Part shown: positions 34,589 through 46,330 of the stretch, piece after piece
Position numbering within the stretch: the first letter of the stretch is position 1
Layout: the number at the start of each line of letters is the position of its first letter
Program-made: the position numbers and the translations under genes
Source: Macrostomum lignano
Lineage: Eukaryota
Length of the DNA stretch: 64,000 bases
Direction of reading: 5' to 3'
Assembly (NCBI GenBank): GCA_002269645.1
Contig: NIVC01001476.1
Location: 186,001-250,000, forward strand
Notes under the pieces: model-generated
The model's input: the letters and a program-made list of their open reading frames with translations, nothing else
Told to the model about the DNA's origin: nothing
Database searches by the model: none

Positions 34589-35657
34589 ATGAATTTTCTA
34601 GGAATTCGAGGCGCAGGAGCGGCCCTGTTGCTGGTGCTGCTGATCGCTGCGGCTCAGCTACAAGTGGTGAGCCTTGCATTGCGGAGTGTGGAGGCTGGGA
34701 TGTGGGCAGATTATGCGTAGCTATCCCAGATAGTTGCTAAGGAAGTGAAAATTCTGGCCTCAATGGAATCTGTGCTTGCGAAAGTTGCAGATAAATTCGG
34801 GGTATCAGAATAAAATCAAGTAGCAGAGTGACGAGACAAAATTCACGGTGTGAAAAGACTCTCCCTTCCCACCAAATTAGCGGAGTGACAAGACTCCATT
34901 ATGAAATTAGTAAAATGGCAAGACTGTGACACGATTTTTTGGCAGAGTGACAAGATTGGCTAATTGGTAGAGTGACAAGACTCCCCCAGCTAATTATCGG
35001 AGTGACAAGACTCCCCCAGCTAATTAGCGGAGTGACAAGACTCCCCCCAGCTAATTAGCGGAGTGACAAGACTCCCCCAGCTAATTAGCGGAGCGACAAG
35101 ACTCCCCCAGCTAATTAGCGGAGTGACAAGACTCCCCCAGCTAATTAGCGGAGTGACAAGACTCCCCCAGCTAATTAGCGGAGCGACAAGACTCCCCCAG
35201 CTAATTAGCGGAGTGACAAGACTCCCCCAGCTAATTAGCGGAGTGACAAGACTCCCCCAGCTAATTAGCGGAGTGACAAGACTCCCCCAGCTAATTAGCG
35301 GAGTGACAAGACTCCCGCCCGATTCCGCAGTCGCAGTCGCGCAGTCTCCGACCATCGAGCTACTTCGAAGAGGACCAGCAGCTCATTGACGACGATTCCA
35401 ACGAATTTGCCGATTCCGACTGCGACGATCTTGACTCCGTCGACGACTGCGGAGACGACACCCGAAGGGAGCCGCCGGCCAGGGCTGACGACGACTGGGT
35501 TCGCTCGGAGCCGTCGCGCCGCAGCGACCTCCGCAAGCGCTACGACCCGCTGCTGGCCATCCGACGTCGGCGAAACGGCGACGGCGGCGGTGACCAACGC
35601 GGATTTCTCCGACAGACAAGCCGGCAGCGACGCTACGACCCGCTGCAGTTCATCTGA
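34589..35657 (+). CDS. Neuropeptide precursor (134 aa) encoding YDPLLAI and YDPLQFI
   Basis: Exon 34589-34666 MNFLGIRGAGAALLLVLLIAAAQLQV|GTGAGC; exon 35331-35657 SQSRSLRPSSYFEEDQQLIDDD...SDLRKR-YDPLLAI-RRRR-NGDGGGDQRGFLRQTSRQRR-YDPLQFI*. Signal peptide, acidic spacer, basic cleavage sites and a repeated peptide. Confidence 0.8.
34970..35316. repeat. 30-bp minisatellite in the neuropeptide intron
   Basis: gagtgacaagactcccccagctaattagcg x ~11, ending right at the acceptor. Confidence 0.96.
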
Positions 35658-36254
35658 CCGGCGGACAGCAGAGTCAGCGGCACGGCAGCGTAGAAAGAAT
35701 GTTTTCAATAACGGTTAAAAATGGAAAATTAAGGAATGGCGAAAAACTTACTTGGCTGAGAAACTTTGAGATGAAAGAAATACAAGCTGGAATCGCTTCA
35801 TACTGCGCGTTCGCATTCTGCAATTATTGCTTTTTGTCCACTTTTTACTGTTTGAACTTATCTGTCTGAGTAGGATCTGGTGTACGCCTAATGTGACTCA
35901 TTTGCCTGTCTATGTTCTGGTGCACACCTAATGTAACTCATCTGCATAGGTTCTAAAGTATAACTGTGATAGAAAAAAATTGTGGCGATGCATTGAGTGT
36001 CAAAATTGAAATCTGTTGTGCCGTTTCACTTCTAGCCCAGCATAGTGCTGTGAGAAATTATTATACGGACGGCAGCTCAGGTATCGGTCGCTCACCTCAT
36101 CTCATTAGATTTGCTGTATCAACTGTATAAGCTTTGTAAACTGGCAGTGTTAGTGCTTGCGCACTTGTGCCTAGCTGCGGAGGATGGCAGAAGAGAGCGC
36201 CCTATTCTTTTCACAAGTTCACAAGTGATTTCAAATTCCAAGCCTTCGCACGGT

Positions 36255-36585
36255 CCCATCTCAACACCAGTCCCATCTCAGCACCAGTCCCATCTCAACA
36301 CCAGTCCCATCTCAATACCTGTCCCATCTCAACACCAGTCCCATCTCAAAACCAGTCCCATCTCAAAACCAGTCCCATCTCAACACCAGTCCCATCTCAA
36401 TACCTGTCCCATCTCAACACCAGTCCCATCTCAAAACCAGTCCCATCTCAACACCAGTCCCATCTCAACACCAGTCCCATCTCAACACCAGTCCCATCTC
36501 AACACCAGTCCCATCTCAACACCAGTCCCATCTCAACACCAGTCCCATCTCAACACCAGTCCCATCTCAACACCAGTCCCAGTCC
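36255..36585. repeat. 17-bp minisatellite
   Basis: caccagtcccatctcaa units. Confidence 0.95.
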
Positions 36586-37079
36586 TATCTCATCCCTAGC
36601 TTCAGTCACATCTCAATCTCTAGAGGCGCAGGCCTGCTCGATTTGCAGTTACGCTCGTAAAAGAGTTCTAAAGGTACTATATTGTCAATTTAGTCGCATG
36701 ACTGCGAGATTAAATATGACTGTCAGAGAGCAGAAAACCTGTTTCGAATTGCAGCCATAAAGTGAGAACTGGGACAAGTTTAAAAAATTATTTTCCCGCT
36801 TTGAAAACGAAAGGTTTTTGTTCGAAATATTTCTCCAGACAGCAATGTGAGCTTTGCTCGATATGCGTTTATTTGCATTTACAAGCAATGCAGGAAAAAA
36901 AGAAACGACATTAATAATTAAAAAATATTTTTGGATTGTCTGACTTTTACAGCCTGTTTTCAAAAACAAATATTTTTCCCGAAATGTGCTTATCATGCTG
37001 CTTTGGTCAGTAGATTATCATGAATCAGTACACGTACGTGTGATAAAATTCCAAAATAATAATTGTTCCTAAGCACTTA

Positions 37080-38305
37080 GTCCCAGTGCCAGTCCCAGTG
37101 CCAGTCCCAGTGCCAGTCCCAGTGCCAGTCCCAGTGCCAGTTCCAGTACCAGTACCAGTGCCAATGCCAGTCCCAGTGCCAGTCCCAGTGCCAGTCCCAG
37201 TGCCAGTTCCAGTACCAGTACCAGTGCCAATGCCAGTCCCAGTGCCAGTCCCAGTGCCAGTCCCAGTGCCAGTTCCAGTACCAGTACCAGTGCCAATGCC
37301 AGTCCCAGTGCCAGTCCCAGTGCCAGTCCCAGTGCCAGTTCCAGTACCAGTACCAGTGCCAATGCCAGTGCCAGTGCCAGTCCCAGTGCCAGTGCCAGTC
37401 CCAGTCCCAGTGCCAGTGCCAGTTCCAGTACCAGTACCAGTGCCAATGCCAGTGCCAGTGCCAGTCCCAGTGCCAGTCCCAGTGCCAGTTCCAGTACCAG
37501 TACCAGTGCCAATGCCAGTGCCAGTGCCAGTCCCAGTGCCAGTGCCAGTCCCAGTCCCAGTGCCAGTGCCAGTCCCAGTCCCAGTCCCAGTCCCAGTGCC
37601 AGTGCCAGTGCCAGGCCAGTGCCAGTGCCAGCCCCAGTCCCAGTGCCAGTCCCAGTGCCAGTTCCAGTACCAGTACCAGTGCCAATGCCAGTGCCAGTGC
37701 CAGTCCCAGTGCCAGTGCCAGTCCCAGTCCCAGTGCCAGTGCCAGTCCCAGTCCCAGTCCCAGTCCCAGTGCCAGTGCCAGTTCCAGTACCAGTACCAGT
37801 GCCAATGCCAGTGCCAGTGCCAGTCCCAGTGCCAGTCCCAGTGCCAGTTCCAGTACCAGTACCAGTGCCAATGCCAGTGCCAGTGCCAGTCCCAGTGCCA
37901 GTGCCAGTCCCAGTCCCAGTGCCAGTGCCAGTCCCAGTCCCAGTCCCAGTCCCAGTGCCAGTGCCAGTGCCAGGCCAGTGCCAGTGCCAGCCCCAGTCCC
38001 AGTGCCAGTCCCAGTGCCAGTTCCAGTACCAGTACCAGTGCCAATGCCAGTGCCAGTGCCAGTCCCAGTGCCAGTGCCAGTCCCAGTCCCAGTGCCAGTG
38101 CCAGTCCCAGTCCCAGTCCCAGTCCCAGTCCCAGTGCCAGTGCCAGTGCCAGGCCAGTGCCAGTGCCAGTGCCAGCCCCAGTGCCAGTGAAGTGTCAGTC
38201 CCAGCCCCAGTGCCAGTTTTAGTGCCATGCAGTGCCAGTGCCAGTCCCAGCGCCAGTCCCAGTGCCAGTGCCAGTCCCAGTGCCAGTCCCAGTGCCAGTG
38301 CCAGT
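37080..38305. repeat. (CCAGTG/CCAGTC)n hexamer satellite with higher-order blocks
   Basis: ~200 hexamers; marker gttccagtaccagtaccagtgccaatg recurs at 66-bp spacing early in the array. Confidence 0.98.
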
Positions 38306-38537
38306 CTAATCGCTTAGACTGAAATGCTTAAATCTATATGATAGTTCATTGATTTTTATCAGCCTATATTCATTCAAGGTTTATAATCTCTGTTATCAGA
38401 CCCAGGAACTATAGTTGTCTATGGTAACAGTCAATCAGAGCATACTTAACTATTGTTCTCGGCTCCAAAATAACAGTTTGTTTAAGCAACTATCCTCAAT
38501 CCGATCATTTGCAGTAGCCGCACTTCTAAAAAGATCA

Positions 38538-41166
38538 ATGGGTCCTGATGAAGATGACCAGTCGCCAGATATTCACCACTTCTTTATCGATAAGCAAGTG
38601 ATGCTTGATAGCATCAGCAACTTCTGGTTAAATTTTCCATTCTACATTCTTGTTCTACTGACTGCCTACTTTGTACTGAGGTGAGTAGTTTCATGATAAG
38701 CTCGCATCAGTTCTACTGGCTTTTTATGAGAATCTAAATGCATGAAGATGCAACATGAATTGTGGGACTTAGTCATGCACTCCTAGAGGGTCTTCGCGGG
38801 TTTATCGGCCACTGGTGTTTACTGGCTTAGTTTATGCATGGGATGTTGGTGTATTCTGAGTTAGTTTATGAAGTGTTAGTGCATTGTGGGTTAATTTATA
38901 GGGTGTTGGTGTACTCTGGCTTAGTTTATGGGGTGTTGGTGTACTCTGGCTTAGTTTGTAGGGTGTTGGTGTACTCTGGGTTAGTTTATGGGGTGTTGGT
39001 GTATTCTGGGTTAATTTATGGGGTGTTGGTGTACTCTGGGTTAGTTTTTGGGGTGTTGGTGTATTCTGGGTTAGTTTATGGGGTGTTGGTGTATTCTGGG
39101 TTAGTTTATGGGGTGTTGGTGTATTCTGGGTTAGTTTATGGGGTGTTGGTGTATTCTGGGTTAGTTTATGGGGTGTTGGTGTATTATGGGTTAGTTTATG
39201 GGGTGTTGGTGTACGACTTCCGCGCCCTACGCGACCTGGTTACAAGTGGCCGCTTCTGTCTGGCATTTGCCGAGGCGCTAGAAGAACGGCCAGATACAAC
39301 AACCCCAGGCGAATATCCGGACATCAGTGCCGCCATCCAAGCCGCCGCTACAAAAACTCTACCGCTGGTGAAGCCAGCAGAAAGGAGTCGGCCAGTGTGG
39401 CAGAACGACGAAGTGCTGCGGCAGGCCCGAGCTGACAGTGGAGAGACTGCGGAGGAGCGGACAGCCCGCGGAGAAGGAAGACGAGACTCTAGTGGAGGAA
39501 TTTAAAGCCCGGCAACGCGCCGCGGTAGAGACCGCTTTTCAAGAGATCACGGACGCCGGTCCCGACAAGAAACCGCGTGCTGTCTGGTCGGTCGTCAATC
39601 AGCTGACAGGCCGCAAGAGACGCAACGCTCTGAACCTGGCGGGTGACACACCCGAAGAGAGGCGAAACGAGCTGCGGACCTTCTTCGCTGGTATCGTCAA
39701 CGCGCCTCCTCCGCCGCAAAGGGACGACATGTCATGGCCCACGGAGGTTGAGCTGCCAGAGGAGAGCTCCTTTAACATCAGCCCCATCACCATCGACGAA
39801 GTGCTCCAACTTGCAAAGAAGACGCCAGGCAACAAGGCTACTGGACCAGACGACGTGCCTGTCGAGGTGCTGCGCCTCCTGCAAGTCGCGCTGGAAGTCC
39901 CACGAGTGATGAACTACGTGCTAGCTGGGGGCCCCGCCCCTGCTGAGTGGCGGACTGCGCATATCGTCGGGATCCCAAAGAAACCAGGTTCCGTCAAGGT
40001 CGAAGAACATCGCGGGATTTCGCTAATGTCCTGCACAGCTAAGCTATTTAACAGAGTTTTGCTGTCGCGGCTGCAGCCAGTGCTGGACCCATTCCTCCGG
40101 CGCGAGCAAAATGGATTCCGGCCAGGCAAAGGCACCGTGACCAAAATTCTCGCTCTGCGTCGAATTCTAGAAGAGGCCCGCATCCACCAGTCGACCATCA
40201 TCTGCATCTTCGTAGACTTCCTGAAGGCCTTTGACTCGGTGTCGAGGCGGGTCATCGCGAACATCCTGCGCGCGTATCACGTACCCGAGCAGCTGGTGAC
40301 GGCTGTGTTAGCTCTGTAACAGGAAACTAGGGAGGCAGTTGTGACACCGGATGGCCATTCCGACTTCTTCGACACGTCTTCCAGCGTTCTCCAAGGGGAC
40401 ACCTTGGCTCCTTTTCTCTATTCGTCCTGGTCCTGGACTGGGTACTGCGCACTGACCTCCCTGACGACTCCAAAGGATTCTTGCTCTGCCGCAGAACAAG
40501 CAGGCGACACCCCGAGAAGCGACTCTCCGTCCTAGCGTTCGCGAACGATCTAGCGCTGCTGTCTAGCACAGCTGAAGGAGCTCAACGCCTGCTAGACCAA
40601 CTGACGGCGGCGGCCGCTGTGATCGGACTGTCCGTGAATACCAAAAAGAAAATGGTGTTGACCGTGCCGACGGACCTCCCAGCTGAGATCTACTGCCGCT
40701 GCACGAACGTGGTATGGTGGTCAGGTGCCAAGCATCACGGAGGACATGGCACGGCGCAGGGCGCTTGCCTAGGGGCACATTCCGCACCGTGTGGACTGTC
40801 CTGCAGAGCCCCGCGCTGCCGGATCGGCTGAGAGGGCGGCTGTTCCAGGCCGTCATTGAAACCGTCCTCTTTTACGACGGGCTGCTGCTATCCCTTCAAG
40901 GGCTGCGGCGGCTTGGTCAGGCGAGAAGTCTGCGTTTCGTCGACCTGCTTTTAAGAGACGCTGAAATCTCCGACCGCTAGCGGACTCGCTATTCTGCGCA
41001 AATCTGCGCTTGCGCGCGCATTTTGACAGCACCCCAACTTAATTGGCTTGCCCAGGGTTGCTGTAGTTTGTTGTTGTTTGTTGTTGTTGTGTACGACTAA
41101 ACTGAAACATTTTCCAATTTCAGACATCTTGCCGAAGAGACAGCAGAAGTCCGAAGTGAGACCTGA
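38538..41166 (+). CDS. Putative 61-aa single-pass membrane microprotein (2 exons)
   Basis: Exon 38538-38680 MGPDEDDQSPDIHHFFIDKQVMLDSISNFWLNFPFYILVLLTAYFVLR|GTGAGT; exon 41124-41166 (tttcag|A HLAEETAEVRSET*); phase 2 matches; aataaa near 41314. The N-terminus could be longer. Confidence 0.45.
38830..39212. repeat. 30-bp minisatellite
   Basis: gggttagtttatggggtgttggtgtattct units. Confidence 0.95.
39219..41088 (+). mobile_element. 5'-truncated, decayed non-LTR retrotransposon (RTE-like reverse transcriptase)
   Basis: KATGPDDVP, WRTAHIVGIPKK, HRGISLMSCTAKLFNRVLLSRL, EQNGFR, FVDFLKAFDSV, LQGDTLAPFL, FANDLAL (YADD degenerated); frameshifts and a stop at 40317; (GTT)n tail; 10-bp TSD GTGTACGACT (39209-39218, 41089-41098). 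Confidence 0.92.
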
Positions 41167-42287
41167 GTGAACCATTGTTTTCGAGATCATTCGCCTCCAT
41201 TTGCTTATCGATTGGTTTGACGCAACTTTGAATATCACTGATGTTATGCTACTGTAATACAGTTTGTAATTGTCTAAAACAAGCTAATAATATAAATTAA
41301 TCGGTGTTTTCAATAATAAATAATGGTTGCCCAAGTTAATTAGGGAATCAGCAAAAGTAGTTGTTATTTTTTTAATAGTAAAAGGAAAATCTGTTAGAAA
41401 GGTTGGTTGGTAGTCTGAGAATCCTCAATTAGTACCTGAGAGATAATCTGCCAATACAATATACCAGCTATAGTGTATCCAGACACCCGTCCGCGCGTCC
41501 CCACCTGCTTAATTAGATTTCTGCTTTAGGGCTTTGATTGAGCCGCATGCAATTATATCAGCCGAGCAGCCAGCCAGGTGACAAGATTGGCCAATCATTG
41601 GGCGTCGGATAAAGGCGACCGTAGACGGAGGAGAAAATTGCTGAGTTACCCACCAATTATAGTTGCCACACAAAGGTAGGGACAGCTGAGCATCAATGTT
41701 TTGGCCCTCTAAATCTTGGGATCTGCGTTTTCTACTCGCACTTTATTAGGTGGGAGTTATGGTTAGTGTTCGGGTTCGGGTTAGTAAAGGGCAATCGCTT
41801 CAGCCAAATAGTTACACAGAATCTTCATTGACATCAGGCTGTTATACTCGGGCGCCTATAAATCAGTCATTGAAACCCTCGCATGCCTTGTGTATTTTTT
41901 AGGACTTTAAAACTGAATGAAGCGGCCAGTATTATTGCTACTGTGCTAACTGCATGATAGTTTAAGCACATGCATTCCGAATAAGGTGGTGCACAGCTAA
42001 AGATAACGCTTGAAAAGTACGATCTATACGTGACTCAATGTGACTCAACAAAAACATGGGATTGACAAGTAGAACAAATAAATCGGCGATAAAGCACACA
42101 CAACGCAAAATTACTCAAGGTAGCGAAGGTAGAGAGAATGCATACGAGTACTATAAGGTATTATCTACTGTAAGGGATGATTTACGCTACAACACGGATG
42201 TTTGTTCTTCACGCCATTGAAAATTTTTTTACGAGCTTATAGTGCGTGAAAAACTTTGCATTCCGTAAAAAAGTGAAAAAAGTTTCG

Positions 42288-42778
42288 CATTCCTTCTCCC
42301 CAAAGTTGACCGTGGTGGAGCCAAACACCCACCTCACTCTGCATTCCTTCTCCCCAAAGTTGACCGTGGTGGAGCCAAACACCCACCTCACTCTGCATTC
42401 CTTCTCCCCAAAGTTGACCGTGGTGGAGCCAGACACCCACCTCACTCCGCATTCCTTCTCCCCAAAGTTGACCGCGGTGAAGCCAAACACCCACCTCACT
42501 CTGCATTCCTTCTCCCCAAAGTTGACCGTGGTGGAGCCAAACACCCACCTCACTCCGCATTCCTTCTCCCCAAAGTTGACCGTGGTGAAGCCAAACACCC
42601 ACCTCACTCTGCATTCCTTCTCCCCAAAGTTGACCGTGGTGGAGCCAAACACCCACCTCACTCCGCATTCCTTCTCCCCAAAGTTGACCGTGGTGAAGCC
42701 AAACACCCACCTCACTCTGCATTCCTTCTCCCCAAAGTTGACCGTGGTGGAGCCAAACACCCACCTCACTCCGCATTC
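42288..42778. repeat. 54-bp minisatellite (9 copies)
   Basis: cattccttctccccaaagttgaccgtggtggagccaaacacccacctcactctg unit. Confidence 0.97.
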
Positions 42779-42905
42779 CGTCCCCGGACTTGCGAAATGC
42801 CGATATCAAAACAATCGAAGTAAAACATACATAGCCTTAAACAAACAGAGAACAAGCTAAGCAAAAAGCATTGTGACAATTATTAGTAAAACCCAAAACG
42901 TCAGT

Positions 42906-45900
42906 TCACACGCCCCTAGGCTTGAACAAGCCCTGCATCTGACTGTACGGAGCTGGCAAGCTGTAAGTCGACTGAACGAACGAAAAATGACCCACATTGG
43001 ACTCTACTGGGTGCTGCTGCCGACTTGACGACTGCGAAGATGGTTGCGGCGATGTCTCCGGCGGCACCTGCGACTGCTGAGCGATTCCCGGCATGAGAAA
43101 CGACGGCCCTGTGCTGCTTGTTGGCGACTGCCTGTACCAGGGCATGCTGTACATGTAGGCTGCAGCAGCTGCCGCCGCTGCGGCGGCTTCACCCTGCTGC
43201 GGCTTGCTGAGCTTCAGCAGCTCGGGAGGCGTCCTCGGCCGTCCGGGCGGACTGCTGTCCGACTGTCCGCCCGCGCCGGCATCGTCCGTCACACCGGCGC
43301 CGCCCTGGTCGCGTTTGAACTTCGTGCGTCGGTTTTGGAACCAGACTTTCACCTGTTGCAGCAGTGAAATAGGTCGTGAGACATTTGCAACGAACTATGA
43401 CGTCAGCGGTGCAAGCGGGAAATTTATTAAAATAATTGAAATTGACTACTTTTCCGTTTAATTAGTTTCGCACCTGGGTTTCAGACAGGCCCAGGGCTTT
43501 AGCCAGCTCGTTTCTCTCCCTGCCCACCATGTAGTGATTGTGCCTGAACGCCTCCTCCAGTCGGACCAGCTGATCGCTGGAAAATGTCGTCCGAGCTCGT
43601 TTTGGCCTGTCGAGATCCAGCGCTTTGGGGAAGATCATTTCCTTCAGTACGCCGTTCGAGTCTGGAAGGGAAATGGGGATGCGATCGCTAAGTTTGAAGG
43701 GTCTTGGGACTCGTAGAACTTGTGTGTCCTATGTAAGAGTTCATATCTTGACATAAAGAGTCTGGAGTTTTGTATTAAAGACATTTTTTAGTCTTGGACT
43801 GAAGTAGCTGTGCAGTATTAGATCAAAGAATTTGTATCTAACATAGAAGGCATGTTTCTTGGATCAAAGATATGTGACTTGGATCAAAGACGTGTCTTGG
43901 ATCAGAGGCTTGTCTTGGATCAAAGGCTTGTGTCTTGGATCATAGGCTTGTGTCTTGGATCAAAGGCTTGTGTCTTGGATCAAAGGCATGTGTCTTGGAT
44001 CAGAGGCATGTGTCTTGGATCAAAGGCTTGTGTCTTGGATCAGAGGCATGTGTCTTGGATCAAAGGCTTGTGTCTTGGATCAGAGGCATGTGTCTTGGAT
44101 CAAAGGCTTGTGTCTTGGATCAAAGGCATGTGTCTTGGATCAGAGGCTTGTGTCTTGGATCAAAGGCTTGTCTTGGATCAGAGGCATGTGTCTTGGATCA
44201 GAGGCATGTGTCTTGGATAAGAGGCATGTGTCTTGGATCAGAGGCATGTGTCTTGGATCAAAGGCTTGTGTCTTGGATCAGAGGCTTGTGTCTTGGATCA
44301 AAGGCATGTGTCTTGGATCAAAGGCTTGTGTCTTGGATCATAGGCTTGTGTCTTGGATCAAAGGCTTGTGTCTTGGATCAAAGGCTTGTGTCTTGGATCA
44401 AAGGCTTGTGTCTTGGATCGAAGGCATGTGTCTTGGATCAAAGGCTTGTGTCTTGGATCAAAAGCTTGTGTCTTGGATCAAAGGCTTGTGTCTTGGATCA
44501 AAGGCATGTGTCTTGGATCAAAGGCATGTGTCTTGGATCAAAGGCTTGTGTCTTGGATCAAAGGCTTGTGTCTTGGATCATAGGCTTGTGACATAGCTAG
44601 TAAACTTTCAAGAATTTAGTCTGGAATCAAATGGATGGAAAATGGTAGGTATGTAAGCATTTGGAACAGATTCAAATCCAGCAGAAACCACTGCTGACGT
44701 GCGGGAAATTGAGTAGTAAAAATGAAAAGGACTCCGGGGGCACAGCAGGGGGGAGCAAGGCAATTTTGATAATTACCTTTGTCTCGATCCATCCAAGGAA
44801 ACTGGCAACGAGAATTCCTAACCAAAAGCTCTTAACCAAAAGCTCATATTTGCAAGATACAATAAAAAGCTCACAGCAGTTCTCCCTCAAGATACATGTA
44901 GATTCGATGCTTTTTTGCGACAATTTTTTAAAATAGTTCTGACTCTCAGACCCTGACAGCAGCCGTGTGACAGTCGCGCGTATTGAGCGTGCATCTCTTT
45001 ACCTTTCTAATTCCCTCCTAAGCAGAAGCTTCAGTACAGATGTTGGTATTTTATTTGATTTGAATTTTTCTACCGATGCCAGCTGGAATCCTGGTTTTCA
45101 ATTTGGCATCCCGAGTTTGGAACCAGGATGCCGAATATGGCATTGCGATTCTGGCGCTCAAAAGCCCAGTTCGGCATATCGCGATTAATTAATTGATTGT
45201 CCATCGGATATAGCGAATTTGGTAACTGTTTTTATTTGATAATTGATGAGTTTGTCAGCGATAAACACACTTCACTGACAGCCGTTTTGCTTAATTAGTT
45301 TTTTGCCGCGCTGGAGCTGCTCTGCCAATTTAAACAAAAGACGATGGGGGACCCCTTTCAAATGGAGCGGAGTGGACCTGTTAATTGAAAACTGCCTGTT
45401 TGCTTCAGCCAGCATTGTCAATACATTGTTAATGCGGCTCTTTTTTAAATAGCTATTGCTTTTAAAAGCAGCAAGTGCCGAAACAACTGATAAAGCCATT
45501 ATGCAGATTGAAAATGCTGAATAGGCACTTCAGATGCTCGGAGCGCCTATGGGGGCGGACAAACGATTTTACGACGGGGATTATGATTTTTCAAGCAAAA
45601 GACCGATAGATGGAAAATGATGAAATGTTGGCTACCTTGTTTTAGCTGTCAGCCCACTTTTACCTTTTGCTATACTGGTAAATAACTGAATAAATAGATT
45701 TACACCGCCTGAACTCCCGTGATTTACACCCTGATCCCTCACAGTATGACCCGCTGCTACACCCTGATCCCCCACAGTATGACCCGCTGCTACACCCTGA
45801 TCCCCCACAGTATGACCCGCTGCTACACCCTGAACCCTCACAGTATGACCCGCTGCTACACCTTGAACCCTCACAGTGTGACCCGCTGCTACACCCTGAT

Positions 45901-46330
45901 CCCTCACAGTGTGACCCGCTGCTACACCCTGATCCCCCACAGTATGACCCGCTGCTACACCCTGAACCCCCACAGTGTGACCCGCAGCTACACCCTGATC
46001 CCCCACAGTATGACCCGCAGCTACACCCTGATCCCTCACAGTGTGACCTGCAGCTACACCCTGATCCCCCACAGTATGACCCGCTGCTACACCTTGAACC
46101 CTCACAGTGTGACCCGCTGCTACACCCTGATCCCTCACAGTGTGACCCGCTGCTACACCCTGATCCCCCACAGTGTGACCCTATACATAATTGCAATCGC
46201 ACTCACCCCTGACAGTCAGCTTGCGGCAATAGTCTGGCAGAGGGTTTTGTTGACATGGTTGATACTGCGGCTGAGACGACGGCTGCGGCTGCTGAAATCC
46301 ATGACGCTCTTGATGGTGGTGGTTGAACAT
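42906..46330 (-). CDS. vax: Ventral anterior homeobox (Vax) transcription factor, ~252 aa, 3 exons
   Basis: Exons 46330-46207 (MFNHHH...[10 protein letters not shown]|GTGAGT), 43661-43474 ([63 protein letters not shown]|), 43352-42906 ([14 protein letters not shown]...). The DYCR..VRD..G..E...[10 protein letters not shown] motif is diagnostic for Vax. Confidence 0.92.
43855..44590. repeat. 20-bp minisatellite in vax intron 1
   Basis: tcttggatcaaaggcttgtg units. Confidence 0.97.
45725..46180. repeat. 33-bp minisatellite in vax intron 1
   Basis: acaccctgatcccccacagtatgacccgctgct units. Confidence 0.96.

Noticed and set aside
36111-36760. Signal-peptide-like LAVLVLAHLCLA followed by a mucin-like repeat
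   Set aside because: No ATG or usable splice sites found; the 'mucin' part is the 17-bp minisatellite.
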